64,000 nt of DNA from Mobula hypostoma (lineage: Eukaryota). The stretch's first letter is position 1. Each line of letters begins with the position of its first letter. Both the position numbers and the translations under genes were made by a program. The notes under the pieces are model-generated. The model ran no database searches and was not told the DNA's origin. It was given only the letters and a program-made list of their open reading frames with translations. This document shows, piece by piece, positions 25,690 through 36,894 of this stretch. Location of the stretch: NCBI RefSeq assembly GCF_963921235.1, contig NC_086106.1, positions 29,202,001-29,266,000 on the forward strand, read 5' to 3'.

Positions 25690-28332
25690 GTGTGAATGGC
25701 TTGATGAAAAGTGTGGCCACACTGTGAGGTCATTTGGGGGAGACAGAGGCGTTTTTAGGAGACTGTGCTTTTAAGAGGTTGTATCAACGTGTTTGTGTGT
25801 GTCAGGAACCCCCACCCAGCAGTTCTTTTTCTCTCTTCCTTGGTCCTTTGAAAAATATGTGAAAGCTTTTCATGTTTATTTTAAATTTTGTAGTTACTTC
25901 CACTTTTTTTGGGTTTGTGTTGTTTGGTTTATGGAATTGATATTAGAGAAACAGATTTCATACTGGCCAGTTGTAATCTAGGTGGAAATTTGTGCATCTG
26001 TATTCTGGACATGAGATGCCCATATTTCTGAGGGAAATGGGTATTTGCAGGAAATTGCTTTTTAGTAGATAATTAAATTGGGAATTTGAAATTAACAAGT
26101 TTGGAAAGATTTGAATATTTCTGAGAGCAGTTCTAAAAGTTGCTTTACTAATAAGACTGCTTTCTTTTATAGAACATAAAAGAGTCTGTCCAAGACAATA
26201 TGACATTTTGATTTTGAGTTTGGAAAATTGTTTTGATGCAATCAGTGTTTTGTCATGTAAATTGCAAATGGAAGAAGGTAAAGAGGTTTCCCAGGGAACT
26301 CTACTTTAATACAGTTACGTGGATGACCTCCCATTGACCTTCCCAAGCAGGGGAACCTATGAGCAGGACTCCCTTTACCTTTTGCATAAACTAGCTAAGG
26401 AAGGTCATAATCATAACATATCACAGCAGAAACTAGAGTTTCTACAACCAATAGTTATTTATCTGAGACAATACCCCATTGCAGGATGGAAGGTCATTGG
26501 TTAAGACTTGGATTAAAGAAATAGTTAAAGTCATGCCACCAATGATTCAGACAGAAATGAAGCATTTCCTGGGAATGACTGGGTATGGTAGACAGTGGAT
26601 TTTAGATTATGCCATTATTGTTAGGCACCTCCAGAAAATATATTTTCCCAGTCAACCTGATCCGTTATGCCCGCCGAGGCAGCACTTGGAAGTATAAATG
26701 AAGCAATTATATCCTCCCCAGATTTGGGCCTCCCAGGAGTTTCGGCGTTTTGTCCAGATCTTTTTGACTCGGATTCAGAGGGAAAGACAAAGACTGTCTG
26801 TTTACTTCAGTGCTCAGGCCCAAGAGAGGTGGAAGCCTCTTGCCTTGCTGTTCAGCACATGCAGTCTCAGATTCAATCATCCTACTCATGTCCACATCAC
26901 ACATTCAGTGTAAACATTCACATACCGAACAAATGGATGAGGACAATAAATCAGCAGATTATACTGCAAAAGAGACAGGAATTAGGCAAATGTTGTGCCA
27001 GAAACAAGCAGCCCATTCAGCTGGTCCTGATGACACTCCCACTGCAGAGGACATACAAGCATACCAGCCGACCGGAAGGGTAAAGTGGGAAACACTGACT
27101 TGCAGGCAGCATGATGGTATGTGGCTTCACCCTTAAAGATTCACTGTGGCCCCAGGTAAATTGGAACTGTGGAATGCCTGACCTGTTCACAAGTTCACAC
27201 ATGCGGGCAAGAGGGGGAGAGTTAATTAAACAAACCAAATTTACCCATTTCACTGGTAACGTAAATAAAGTACGCAAAGCCTTGTGGGTGAATCAACTTT
27301 CAGTCAGAGGGCCAAGTGGAAGGGACAAACAAAACGACTTAAACATAAACTTAGCAAAATTTGTGAGGAAACTGAAAGCAGGTGCTGCCTTTGGTTCTAA
27401 TGAATATACAAGCCACTGCTAATAGAACCATTGGTTTGTCTCCACATCAATTCATAATGGAACAGCCCTTGTGCTTGGCATTGGATGCACCACTGGGAGT
27501 TAAGCAGATCAATGTACATAACCTGGACATGAGTAGTCTGAACTATTGTTTTGCCTGAAAAAAAAAGCATTACCAGTTATCGTCAACTATTTGCAAAGAC
27601 TAAACGCTGTGTCATCGAGCTCAGAGATGCAGACATTTTAAAAAATTGTTTAGAACCTCGATTTGAAGGACCAGTTCAGGTATTGCTGGTTCTAATACAG
27701 TCATCAAGGTAAGAGAACAGATTCACACTTCTCACTGTAAGAAGGTGTCTAATGGTGTGAAAAAAATGTCAAACCACTGAGATTCTGTGTGACAGTGGTT
27801 GGGTTAGTCTTTCTCTTTTCTCTGACAGATGCAGTTGCTACAAACACTTTCTTACAAATGTGCAAACAGGACCAATGTCCTTAGCTGCTGGGTTTGTATG
27901 GATATCGAGTCTCATGTGGAAATGGGAGTGCCCTTTTATGCAACAGAGATGAACTGCTACTTTAAATAGTCCAAGCCCTCTGCCCTGGATACGTTAGAAC
28001 AATGATGCTGGGACTCAGAGACATAAACCCCTTCTTCCCCTTAGCAGTACAGCCAGGATGTCACTGGGGACAGATGGGGATATAAATTTGGAAACAAGTG
28101 TTTTAGAGGTTGGTATATACCTCTGTAATACAACACTAACTCCAGAGTAAAAGGACTTAGTGTTGTCCTTGGGGAAGGTAACTTGCCTATGGAATCAGTA
28201 AATCAGACAGGAACTGAATAGCAATGGAAAAGTTAGCAAATGAAATTGCATATGTTCCCAATCAATCCCAACAGGCAATATCTAAACTGTTGGCAAAATT
28301 GGTGGCAGTCTGCACACTAGCATTGCAAAAAT
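25690..28332 (+). mobile_element. Heavily deleted ERV relic (pol and env fragments)
   Basis: PGNSTLIQ/VDDL, KHFLGMTGYGRQWI and LEPRFEGPVQVLL; pyrimidine tract plus AG at 27809-27828, then CWVC; LVAVCTLALQK resembles the approach to the TM immunosuppressive domain. Confidence 0.7.
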
Positions 28333-28334
28333 TA

Positions 28335-28471
28335 AAACACAAGGAAATCTACAGATGCTGGAAATTCAAGTAACACACATCAAAGTTGCTTTGGTGAATG
28401 CAGCAGGTCAGGCAACATCTCTAGGAAGAGGTACAGTCGACGTTTCGGGCCAAGATCCTTCGTCTAGTCCT
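28335..28471 (-). mobile_element. PLE terminal-repeat fragment with a degenerate hammerhead core
   Basis: 28375-28465 is the reverse complement of 45883-45974 (ctaggaagaggtacagtcgacgtttcgggcc). Confidence 0.9.
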
Positions 28472-29182
28472 GGTGAACGGCCTCTCCCCAGTGTGAATTC
28501 GTTGGTGCCTCAGAAGGTCAGACGACTGTGTGAATCCCCTCCCACACTCAGAGCAGATGAATGGCCATTCCTTGGTGAGAATTCGCTCGTGGGTACACAG
28601 ATGGTATGAACGAGTGAATCGCTTGCCACACTGACTGCATATGAATGGCCGCTCTCCAGTGTGAACTCGGTGCGTCAGAAGGTCAGATGACCGAGTGAAA
28701 CTCTTTCCACACTCGGAACAGGAGAAAGGCTTCTCTCCAGTGTGAGTACTTTGGTGTTTCCGAAGCTCGGATGACTGAGTGAATCCCCTCCTACACTTAG
28801 AGCAGATGAATGGACGCTCCCCAGTATGAATTAATTCGTGTGACTGCAGGTGGGATGATTGAGTGAACCCCTTGCCACACTGACCGCATATGAATGGCCA
28901 CTCTCCGGTGTGAGTTCGTTGGTGTGTCAGGAGGTCAGACGACCGACAGAATCCCTCTCCACACTCGAAACAGAGGAAGGGCTTCTCTCCGGTGTGAATT
29001 CGTTGCTGCATTAGAAGGTCAGACGAACGAGCGAATCCCTTCCCACACTCAGAGCAGATGAATGGCTTCTCCCTGGTATGGACCAGCTGGTGTCTCTGGA
29101 GTCTGGAGGAATTCTTGAAATCCTTTCCGCAGTGACAGCAGGTGAACGACCTCTCACCGGTGGGACTTTGCTGGTGGTTCAT
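28421..29182 (-). pseudogene. ZNF-A: C2H2 zinc-finger gene with 8 finger units (3 damaged) and a PLE-derived C-terminus; probable pseudogene
   Basis: TGEKPF/TGERPF linkers and CxxCGKxF motifs. ATG at 29182 is homologous to the ZNF-B start. Finger 2 has H>Q, finger 6 has a one-codon deletion, finger 7 has H>L. Confidence 0.8.
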
Positions 29183-30575
29183 CAGATTGCCAAGTGACTT
29201 AAAGTCTTTCCAGCAAAAGATTCTGCCAGGAGGTTGAATGACTGTTTGAATGTCCTTCCACAGTGAGAGCTGGTGGGAGTTTACTGGTGTTTCACCAAGT
29301 GGGATGAAAGAGTGAATCCTTTTCTGCATGCAAAGCAGGTTAATGGTCTCTCCCCAGGACAAATTTGCCAGTGTCTCATCACATTGGATGACCGAGTGAG
29401 TCCCTTCACTCTCTCGAAGCAGGGTGACAATGTTTCCCCGGGGCCTCAGTGATCAGTCAGTAAAAAGATGATCGAATTAATTACCTTACTCAAATGGAAA
29501 CAGGTAGAAAGAAGATTTGAATATTCTCAGGATAATGGATCAAATTTATCTCAGTCAAAAGAAGGAATGTTTCACTGGTGCAGAAACAAGGATGTGGTGA
29601 ACACGTTCCCAGTCACAGATCAGGTGAGCTCATCTCCCCCAGTGTGTCACACACGGTCTCTCGTTGCAGTGGGTGTTCCTTTTCCAATCTGCACTGGAGT
29701 GATCACTGCCCGCTCCTTCACAGACTGGAAGAAGTTACACGGCTTCTCTGCAAATTGGTTCATGATCTCACACAAGTGGTTTCTCCCCTCCCCGCTGTAG
29801 ACAGTGTCTCACTACCCAGCTGTGTCACGGTCGGTGCCCTGCAACAGCCCTCACTGCCTGGGGTCTGAAGTGAAACAAACCAGCATCTCTCCTTCCACGT
29901 TCACAGGCCGATGACATTCAGGTGCTGGGGAGCTGAGTGGGGTGTCGACCTGATGTGATATTCCATCTGAGATACCCAGTTGCAATTCCTCCACCTTTAT
30001 GTCCTGTAAAAAGTTACAACAATCTTCAATAAGTACAGGGTAGTGACTCAGAATAGATCACTTTAATCTCCTGGGTCTCTCTAACACTGACTGTAACAGT
30101 TAAGAGAAGTTTAGATAGGTACATGGGTAAGAGGGAAAGGTAGATCTACTAATAGATGGGTCTGGGCAGAAAACCTAGCTGGATGGACTAGATGGGCTGA
30201 AGGGCCTGTTGCTGTATTGTAGTGCTCTATGATTATCCGGCCTCTGGGTCATGATCAGGGGCTTGTGTCCAGTTCCAGAGACTTGAGCACAAGACTAAGC
30301 AGAGAGTTCAATTAGTTCACACTCAGATCACAGATCACTGCATAAAGATTAGAAATCCCTGACAGAAACTTTTGAGATTCTCTGCCTGAGATCACAATGG
30401 AGGTAGAGCCAATGAACATACTCACAGGTGATATTAAAGCACCTTTGGGCCATATGGGAGCCGAGGAAGTGGACTTCTGCATTGCGAAGTCCAACATGAA
30501 AAACCAGCCTGATGATTAACAAGAGATCTGCTAATGGCGGGGACACTAAACAGGAAAGCAAGGACATGGTGGGAA
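29183..30575 (-). repeat. Duplicated block shared with 48994-51125 (ZNF 5' exon portion, splice acceptor at 30004-30005, intron)
   Basis: Long near-identical stretches such as cagaaacaaggatgtgg..gtgaaacaaaccagcatctctccttccacg; tttttacAG|G acceptor in both copies. Confidence 0.92.
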
Positions 30576-31141
30576 GCGGCTCCACTTCATTAGGAGATTG
30601 AGGTGATTTGGTATGTCAGAGACTCCACCGAATTTCTGCAGATGTACCCTGGACAGCACTCCAGCTGGCTGCATCACTGTCTGGCACTGTCTGGTGGAGG
30701 GGCCATTGCACAGGATGGGGGAAAGCTGCAGAGGGTTATAAACTCAGCCAGCCCCATCAAGGAGCCATCCATCATCAGGGATTCCATCACCCAAAACATG
30801 ACCTTCTCACATTGCACTGTCAAGGAAGCACAGGAGACTGAAGACACAGAGAGACAGAGACACACACACACACACACGGAGACTGAAGACACAGAGACAC
30901 ACACACACACACAAAATGTTTTAGCAACAGCTTCTTCTCCTCTGCCATCAGGTTAATGAGTGGACAATGAACCCATGAACACTATCTCACTATTTTCACC
31001 CTCATTTTGCACTCTTTATTTAACTTTATAAAATACCTTTTTAATTGTAATTTGTAGTTTATTTTATGCATTACACAGTACACCTGCCACAAAAACAACA
31101 AGTTTCTTCACACACGTCAGTGGCGATAAACCTGATTCTGA
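30576..31141 (+). mobile_element. Rex1/Babar 3' fragment with a (ca)n expansion
   Basis: KLQRVINSASPI motif; ends ataaacctgattctga; duplicated ggagactgaagacacagaga-(ca)n at 30833-30912. Confidence 0.8.
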
Positions 31142-31740
31142 AATCTTTACAAATCATTACTGGGCCTCAGCTGGTCCATCAGGAAGGACATCGAGGGATC
31201 CGTGAGATTGTAATACAACTGTAATGTCACGGGGATCATGATTATCTGGAGTGACTGGAGTAGTCAGTGAGATTCTCCATCGAGCAGGGACTGAATAGAG
31301 ATGTTCAAATCGATGGGCTGGTTTTAGACGAGATTGGGAGAACAATGTAAGGGGCAGTGTGAGATTCATCACTTTACCTCTAATCTCTTCCTTCGATGCA
31401 TCTTCCCTGCACTGACTCCATTTATTTTGGTTCCTCCAACACAGAGTGCAGAACAGTACAGCAGATGAAGAGCCCTTTATAATACCATCCTTTTGCACAG
31501 GATCCACCTGTCCCCATTCCCTGCCTTTTACATATCTCTCTAAACGTTCCAGTTGCATCTGCTTCCCATCACTGCCCTTGGCAGGCCATTCCAGGTACCT
31601 TAACATCTATTGAGCTCTCTCTTAAATGTACTCACGTACTCAACCTCAAGGGCTGTCTGGGGTCGACTCTTACCGCAGGCTGGGATGGAGATCACACTCA
31701 CATGCAATATTCCAGAAACCATCTCCCCAGGGCCTAGATA

Positions 31741-32244
31741 CACTGAGTGGTTACATTAATAAGTACACCTGCTCATTAATGCAGACATCTAATCAGCCAA
31801 TGATGTAATAGCACCTCAATGCATAAAAGCATGCAGACATGGTCAAGAGGTTCATTTTTTTTCAGACCAAACATCAGAATGTTTAAAAAATGTGATCTAA
31901 GTGACTGTGACTGTGGGATGTTTGTTGGTGCCAGATGGAGCAGTTTGAGTATCGCAGAGACTGTGTTCTCCTGGGATTTTCATGCACCCCAGTCTCTAGC
32001 GTTTGCAGAGAGTGGGGCAAAAATTTTAAAAAATATATCCAGTGAGCGGCAGCTGTGGGGATGAAAAAGCTTTGTTAATGAGCAACATCAAAGGAGAATG
32101 GCTAGACTGGCTCAAGCTGACAGCAAGGCAGTAGTAACTCAAGTAACCACATGTTACTACAGTGGTGTGCAGAGGAGTACAAACATACACTCAGTGGCTA
32201 CTTCATGAGATACAGGAGCTACCTAATAAAATGGCCACTGAGTG
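31741..32244 (+). mobile_element. Non-autonomous Tc1/mariner derivative
   Basis: TA|cactgagtgg...ccactgagtg|TA termini; transposase remnant LSDCDCGMFVGARW. Confidence 0.8.
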
Positions 32245-32405
32245 TAACTGCAGCATTATATATTTAAATTATTTTGTCATCTTAATTACACATTCACTTT
32301 CAGTGACTTATGTATAAAATCTCAGGTCTCTCTGAGCAGCCTCACTTCTGAATCCGTGGCCATTTAAAAAGTAATCCACTACCCTCCTTATTTCACTGAA
32401 CTGGA

Positions 32406-32666
32406 CGGCCGGCTGGTGGCGCAATGAGATCTGCACCAGACTCCAGAGCGAAGGTTCCCGAGTTCAAATCCAGGTCGGGCCACCCCCGAGCACGCTTTCC
32501 ATCCGTGCTGGGTTGAGGGTCGAGCTAGCCACTCCGCCTCATTAAAAAAAAACACAAGGGTCGAGTCAGGAACGTTCATAAAGTGACCCAATTAATCCTG
32601 ACACCACGCGCCAGACAAGAATGGCTGACTGTCTGGTGCGACACGCTTAAAAAAAATTTTAAAAAG
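32406..32666 (+). mobile_element. tRNA-derived SINE with poly-A tail
   Basis: 10-bp TSD ctgaactgga at 32396-32405 and 32667-32676; A box tggcgcaatg; B box gagttcaaatcc. Confidence 0.9.
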
Positions 32667-32759
32667 CTGAACTGGATGAGCTCATTTCGAGCCAGAGTCA
32701 TAGACTTTGCCATGTGATATTTAATTTGCCCACTAGAGAAAGCATCTCTGGTGAAATGA

Positions 32760-33401
32760 AGGAGGAGAAGATGGCGACGCGACGGCAGCCCACGCGGCCT
32801 CTCCGCTGGTGATGTCTGTAATCGTCAAGTAGGGGACTGTGCACAATTCTGATTTGATGGAGACGGACGTGAGACTACGGAGGAACATCTGGAAAACTTC
32901 TGAAATGCCCGCTTCACTGCCGCTGCTACCGTGTGGTAACCGGAATCTCCGGAGCAGAAGGTCCCGAAATCCTCGGCTTTGCGTGTTTCAGCGGCCGGGG
33001 CTAGGTCGAAGGCGCTCGGCAGGGGATGGCACTTGGGAGGCTGGTTGGAAGCTCGAAGTTTTCAGACGGATGGACTCAGTGTCGGCTGTGGTCGGCTGCT
33101 TCCAAGGCATCGGCAAGTTGACAGTGCCTGGAGGTTTATGGCAGGGAGTTTCTCCCTTTTGCCACCTGCTTTCTGGGACTCGGGAGTCGATCGACTCGGG
33201 GACTTTTGAGACTTTATTTACCGTGCCCATGGTTTGTTCTTCATCAAATTATGGTATTGCTTTGCACTGCTGTAACTATATGTTATAATTATGTGGTTCT
33301 GTCAGTGTTGGTCTTTGGTTTGTCCTGTTTTCTGTGATATCACTCCAGAGAAACATTGTATCATTTCTTAATGCATGTATGCATTTCTAAATGACAATAA
33401 A
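32760..33401 (+). mobile_element. Longest copy of the (taatc)n-tail SINE-like family
   Basis: Starts ggagaagatggcg; homologous to 22797-23388. Confidence 0.8.
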
Positions 33402-33419
33402 ATGCCGTCCATTCCATTT

Positions 33420-34155
33420 TCCTGTGCAGTTCTTATCCATGATCCTGTACATACCACCAGCGGCTGACTAAAATCAGCACTTGCAATACTGTATGATGAT
33501 GTCTACAAACAAGAAATAGTCAATCCCGATGAATTTCAAATTACAGTAGGAGACTTCAGCCAGGCTGTTTGAAGAAATCCCTGCCCAATTGCCATCAGCA
33601 TATAACTTGTAGCACCAGAGGCCCCAATATAGTAGACCACTGTTATTCTAGGATCAGAATGCCTACCATTCCTTGCCCAGACCACAATTCAGTAAAACAG
33701 ATCACTTGCCTGTCCTTCTCCTACCTGCACACAGGCAAAGGCCAAATGGCAAAGCTCCAGAGATTGGGACAACAAAGAGGTGACTGCAGGAGGCAGAGAG
33801 GCGGCTGCTGAATTGCTTTGAGTCTGTAGACTGAGCCGTGTTCAGGGACTCATCCGGGGATCTGAATGAATCACCATGTTTGTAATGCACTTTGTTAAAA
33901 CAGTTGCAGACCAGTATGTCCCTTCAAAATCATTCAGCGTACAGCCTGGTCAGAAGCCCTGGATGAACCATGAGATGCAAATATGCTGCCAGCCACATCA
34001 AAGGCTGGTGACCAAGGACGTTACAAAAGGTCCTGGTACAATTTCCTGAAAGTCATCTCATGGGCAAAGTGGCAATTCCAGATCAAACTTGTATCAACAG
34101 TTATGGCAGGGCTTGAATACTGTCATCTCCTCTAAAGTCAAATCAAGCGGCATAG
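33420..34155 (+). mobile_element. Rex1/Babar internal fragment (APE region)
   Basis: VGDFSQ, HQHITCSTRGPNIVDHCYS and KPWMN motifs. Confidence 0.75.
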
Positions 34156-34158
34156 ATT

Positions 34159-34587
34159 TGTAGAGGAAAAGGGCTAATAAACTACGTGACTAGGGTCAAG
34201 AAGACCGCGAAGCAAAGACTCTTGTGTCCAAATAGCGAACAGTACGTGCTAACTCTTGCGAGATAAGGCGTGAGTCTAATCTGCTGTGACCACAGAGACG
34301 GAAACTAATGTACTGAGCTCTGCAAGATAGTTTTTTTAGTGAACGGTAGTATATTGTTAGAGTCTGGTAATATTTCTGTACAATGATCGGATACAATAAG
34401 TCTGTTGTTACTGTGCTGAACTGTATAAAACTGTATAAAATGACGCAATTTTAACCGGAGAGTACGGTCGGCTGCTAGTGGAGACCATCTCTCTCTCTCT
34501 CTCTCCTTGGTACCAAGTAAAGTAAAGGTCCCAAAACGAGACTCAGGAGTCGAGCATTTTTTTCCCAAAGGTCAAATTTCCACGACA
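34159..34587 (+). repeat. ERV 5' LTR
   Basis: tgtagagg...ccacgaCA; duplicated ctgtataaaa TATA-like motif; homologous to 41904-42437. Confidence 0.92.
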
Positions 34588-34590
34588 ATC

Positions 34591-34609
34591 TGGCGTAAGT
34601 CGGCAGGAT
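34591..34609 (+). promoter_or_regulatory. Primer-binding site complementary to tRNA-Ser
   Basis: tggcgtaagtcggcaggat matches the canonical Ser PBS TGGCGTAGTCGGCAGGAT with one inserted base; it lies 3 nt after the LTR. Confidence 0.85.
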
Positions 34610-34913
34610 CCGGGATATGAACGGGGGGAGAACTGCTGAGGAAAATAAACTCCAGCAGAAAAGGAACGTGATCGGGGTAGCTATCCTAACGTGCACGAGA
34701 AAGCTGCGACTCTTGTGCCTGGGGGATAGTCCTGGCTGCTCCAACGGTAACAGGGAGAGCCGGGACCATACATTCAAAATCTGACAATTGAGTAAATTTT
34801 TAATACATTGGCAGGAGCGATTACAGGGACCTAACTCTGGGAGTAAGGCGACCCGAGGCCGCCCAGCGTAGAGACAACTCTGGGAGTTCTTACCTCCGGC
34901 CAGAGGCAGTTCC

Positions 34914-35063
34914 TATGTTATAATTATGTGTTTTTTGTTAGTTTTAGTCTTGGTCTGTCCAGTGTTTCTGTGATATTATACTGGAAGAACATTGAATCAT
35001 TTCTTAATGTATGCATTTCTAAATGACAATAAACGTGGACTGAGTGTCCTCATAATCTAATCT
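34914..35063 (+). mobile_element. 3' fragment of the (taatc)n SINE-like family inside the ERV leader/gag
   Basis: tatgttataattatgt...aaatgacaataaa...cctcataatctaatct. Confidence 0.8.
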
Positions 35064-36894
35064 CTTAATGTAATCCCGGAGGGGCTGAGAAAAGAAGGGC
35101 CGAAATTGGAAGAAAACATAAAGAACGCAGCGACTCGACCCTCACCTCTCGGGAAGGGATTACATGAACCAGTGAGCACTCAAAGGGAAACTGGGGTTTG
35201 GGGGAAGTGTGAATTAATCTGCTCTGTTCACAGGAAGAAGAGAAAAAGGCAAGAAGGATGGGAACGGCAGCGGTCGGGCAGGTAATGCTGGTCCTGCTAA
35301 TAAAGGAACCTTGAAAGTAAGTAAAAAGACGGAGAAGAACATCAAGCTTGTAAGAGAGCAACGAAAATTAATTGGGGACCCCCTGCTACCGCCCGGATCG
35401 CTGACTGATACAGTAACACGTGAAACAGGGGATGATCGATACGCGGGAACGTTTGGTGGTGACCTGTACCAGCGGTCGCAAGGAGGATGGGCCTATGGCG
35501 GAACGTTTAACTTGCGTAAAACAAGGGATTGGAAAGAGACTGTGGAAATGGGAGATGGGGATCTGAAGTGGGATACGGATTAAATGATCCACTGTTTTAA
35601 TAAATTGAAAAAGAGGTAGCCAAGAGACACCAGCCCCTAAACCCGCTGGGAAAGGTAAAGGACCGCATAAGAATAATCTCCCGGCCTCCCAACCGCCCCT
35701 GGGACGGTATCCCAGGCTGGCCCCGAGCACCGCGAGTGCTTCCTTGGAGGGGGACACAGGCGAGTTGTAACAGATGGCCACCGCCTATGGGCAAGGCCGG
35801 GGGCAGAGACAGCCACAGCAATCAGCCCCCTCCCTATGAGGACGCGGCCACGGCGGCTCCTGGAGATGCCGGAGATGAGATCGAAGTGAGCAACGCCACA
35901 GGTGCTGCGGGAGGCCGCGTAACTTGATAGCAAACACGGGGACGAAGAGAGAAAGCAGAAAAGGACAGGCCCCAAAAATCATGATAGGTGACGTACCTGT
36001 TTTAAAACCCTGGACCCCAAACGAAGTACACGCCACGGTCACGGAAGCGCCTGACCCCTTAAAAAAACCAAACGCCTTCCACAATTGGTTGGTCCAGATG
36101 TGTACTATATACTCGCCCCTCCCCGGGGGATGTGCAGATGCTATTAAAATGTGCCTGTGGGTCCACCTGGCCTTCGCTAAAGGGCACCTTTCTGATAGGC
36201 CCGGGGGAAGGGGGAGACTGGAGACAGGATGACACGGTGCCCGGTGATGAGACAACGACACACTGGTTGGAGAATGGAGGGGAAAATGCTATAATGGGGG
36301 CAGCACGGAAACATAGCGATATAGGGGAGGTGACACGGTGCTTGCAGAAGAAGTGCGAACCGATTCCAAATTTCATCGCAAGGTTTAGGCAGAAGTGGGA
36401 AGAGAGTGGAGGGATCCCCTTAGAGGGGAATGGCCCCTTAGCCATTCAGACTTTGTTGAACTGCATGTGGCCGCTGCAAGCCCAAGTATATAAATTACGG
36501 AATCTGAACTGGCAAACTCAAACGTGGGTGCAGACAATGACGCCCTTGTACAATATGGATCGGGAAGGACTCTTTCCTCAGAAAACAGACGAGAGAAGGA
36601 AAATGCCAGTAGGCCAGTACTTCCAAGGGGAAGGGCGCCCACCTCAGGGACGAGGGGAAAGAGAGGGAATTTGGGTTTCTGAAGAATTCTCCCTGATCCC
36701 CCAAGCGACCCATAGTGTAGTGGTGGTGAGAAGGGCCACTAGGCCGGGGATAGCCCAACTACATGCCGAAATTGAGGGAAAAGGGCCACTGGGCCCGGAA
36801 CTGTCGCATCCCCCTTTGCCGTCCCCCTCCCCGGGCTTCAGAGGATCAACAGTCGCCCACGTTCTCTTTTATTCAACCCTCGCCTCAGCAATAG
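35064..36894 (+). pseudogene. ERV gag (decayed)
   Basis: PPPY late domain; capsid KPWTPNEV; MHR-like CLQKKCEPIPNFIARF; degenerate knuckle CSGGEKGH*AGDSP; amber stop at 36892-36894. Confidence 0.85.

Noticed and set aside
32406-32480. Possible tRNA gene
   Set aside because: It has A and B boxes but no full cloverleaf, and the TSD plus poly-A tail identify it as a SINE.
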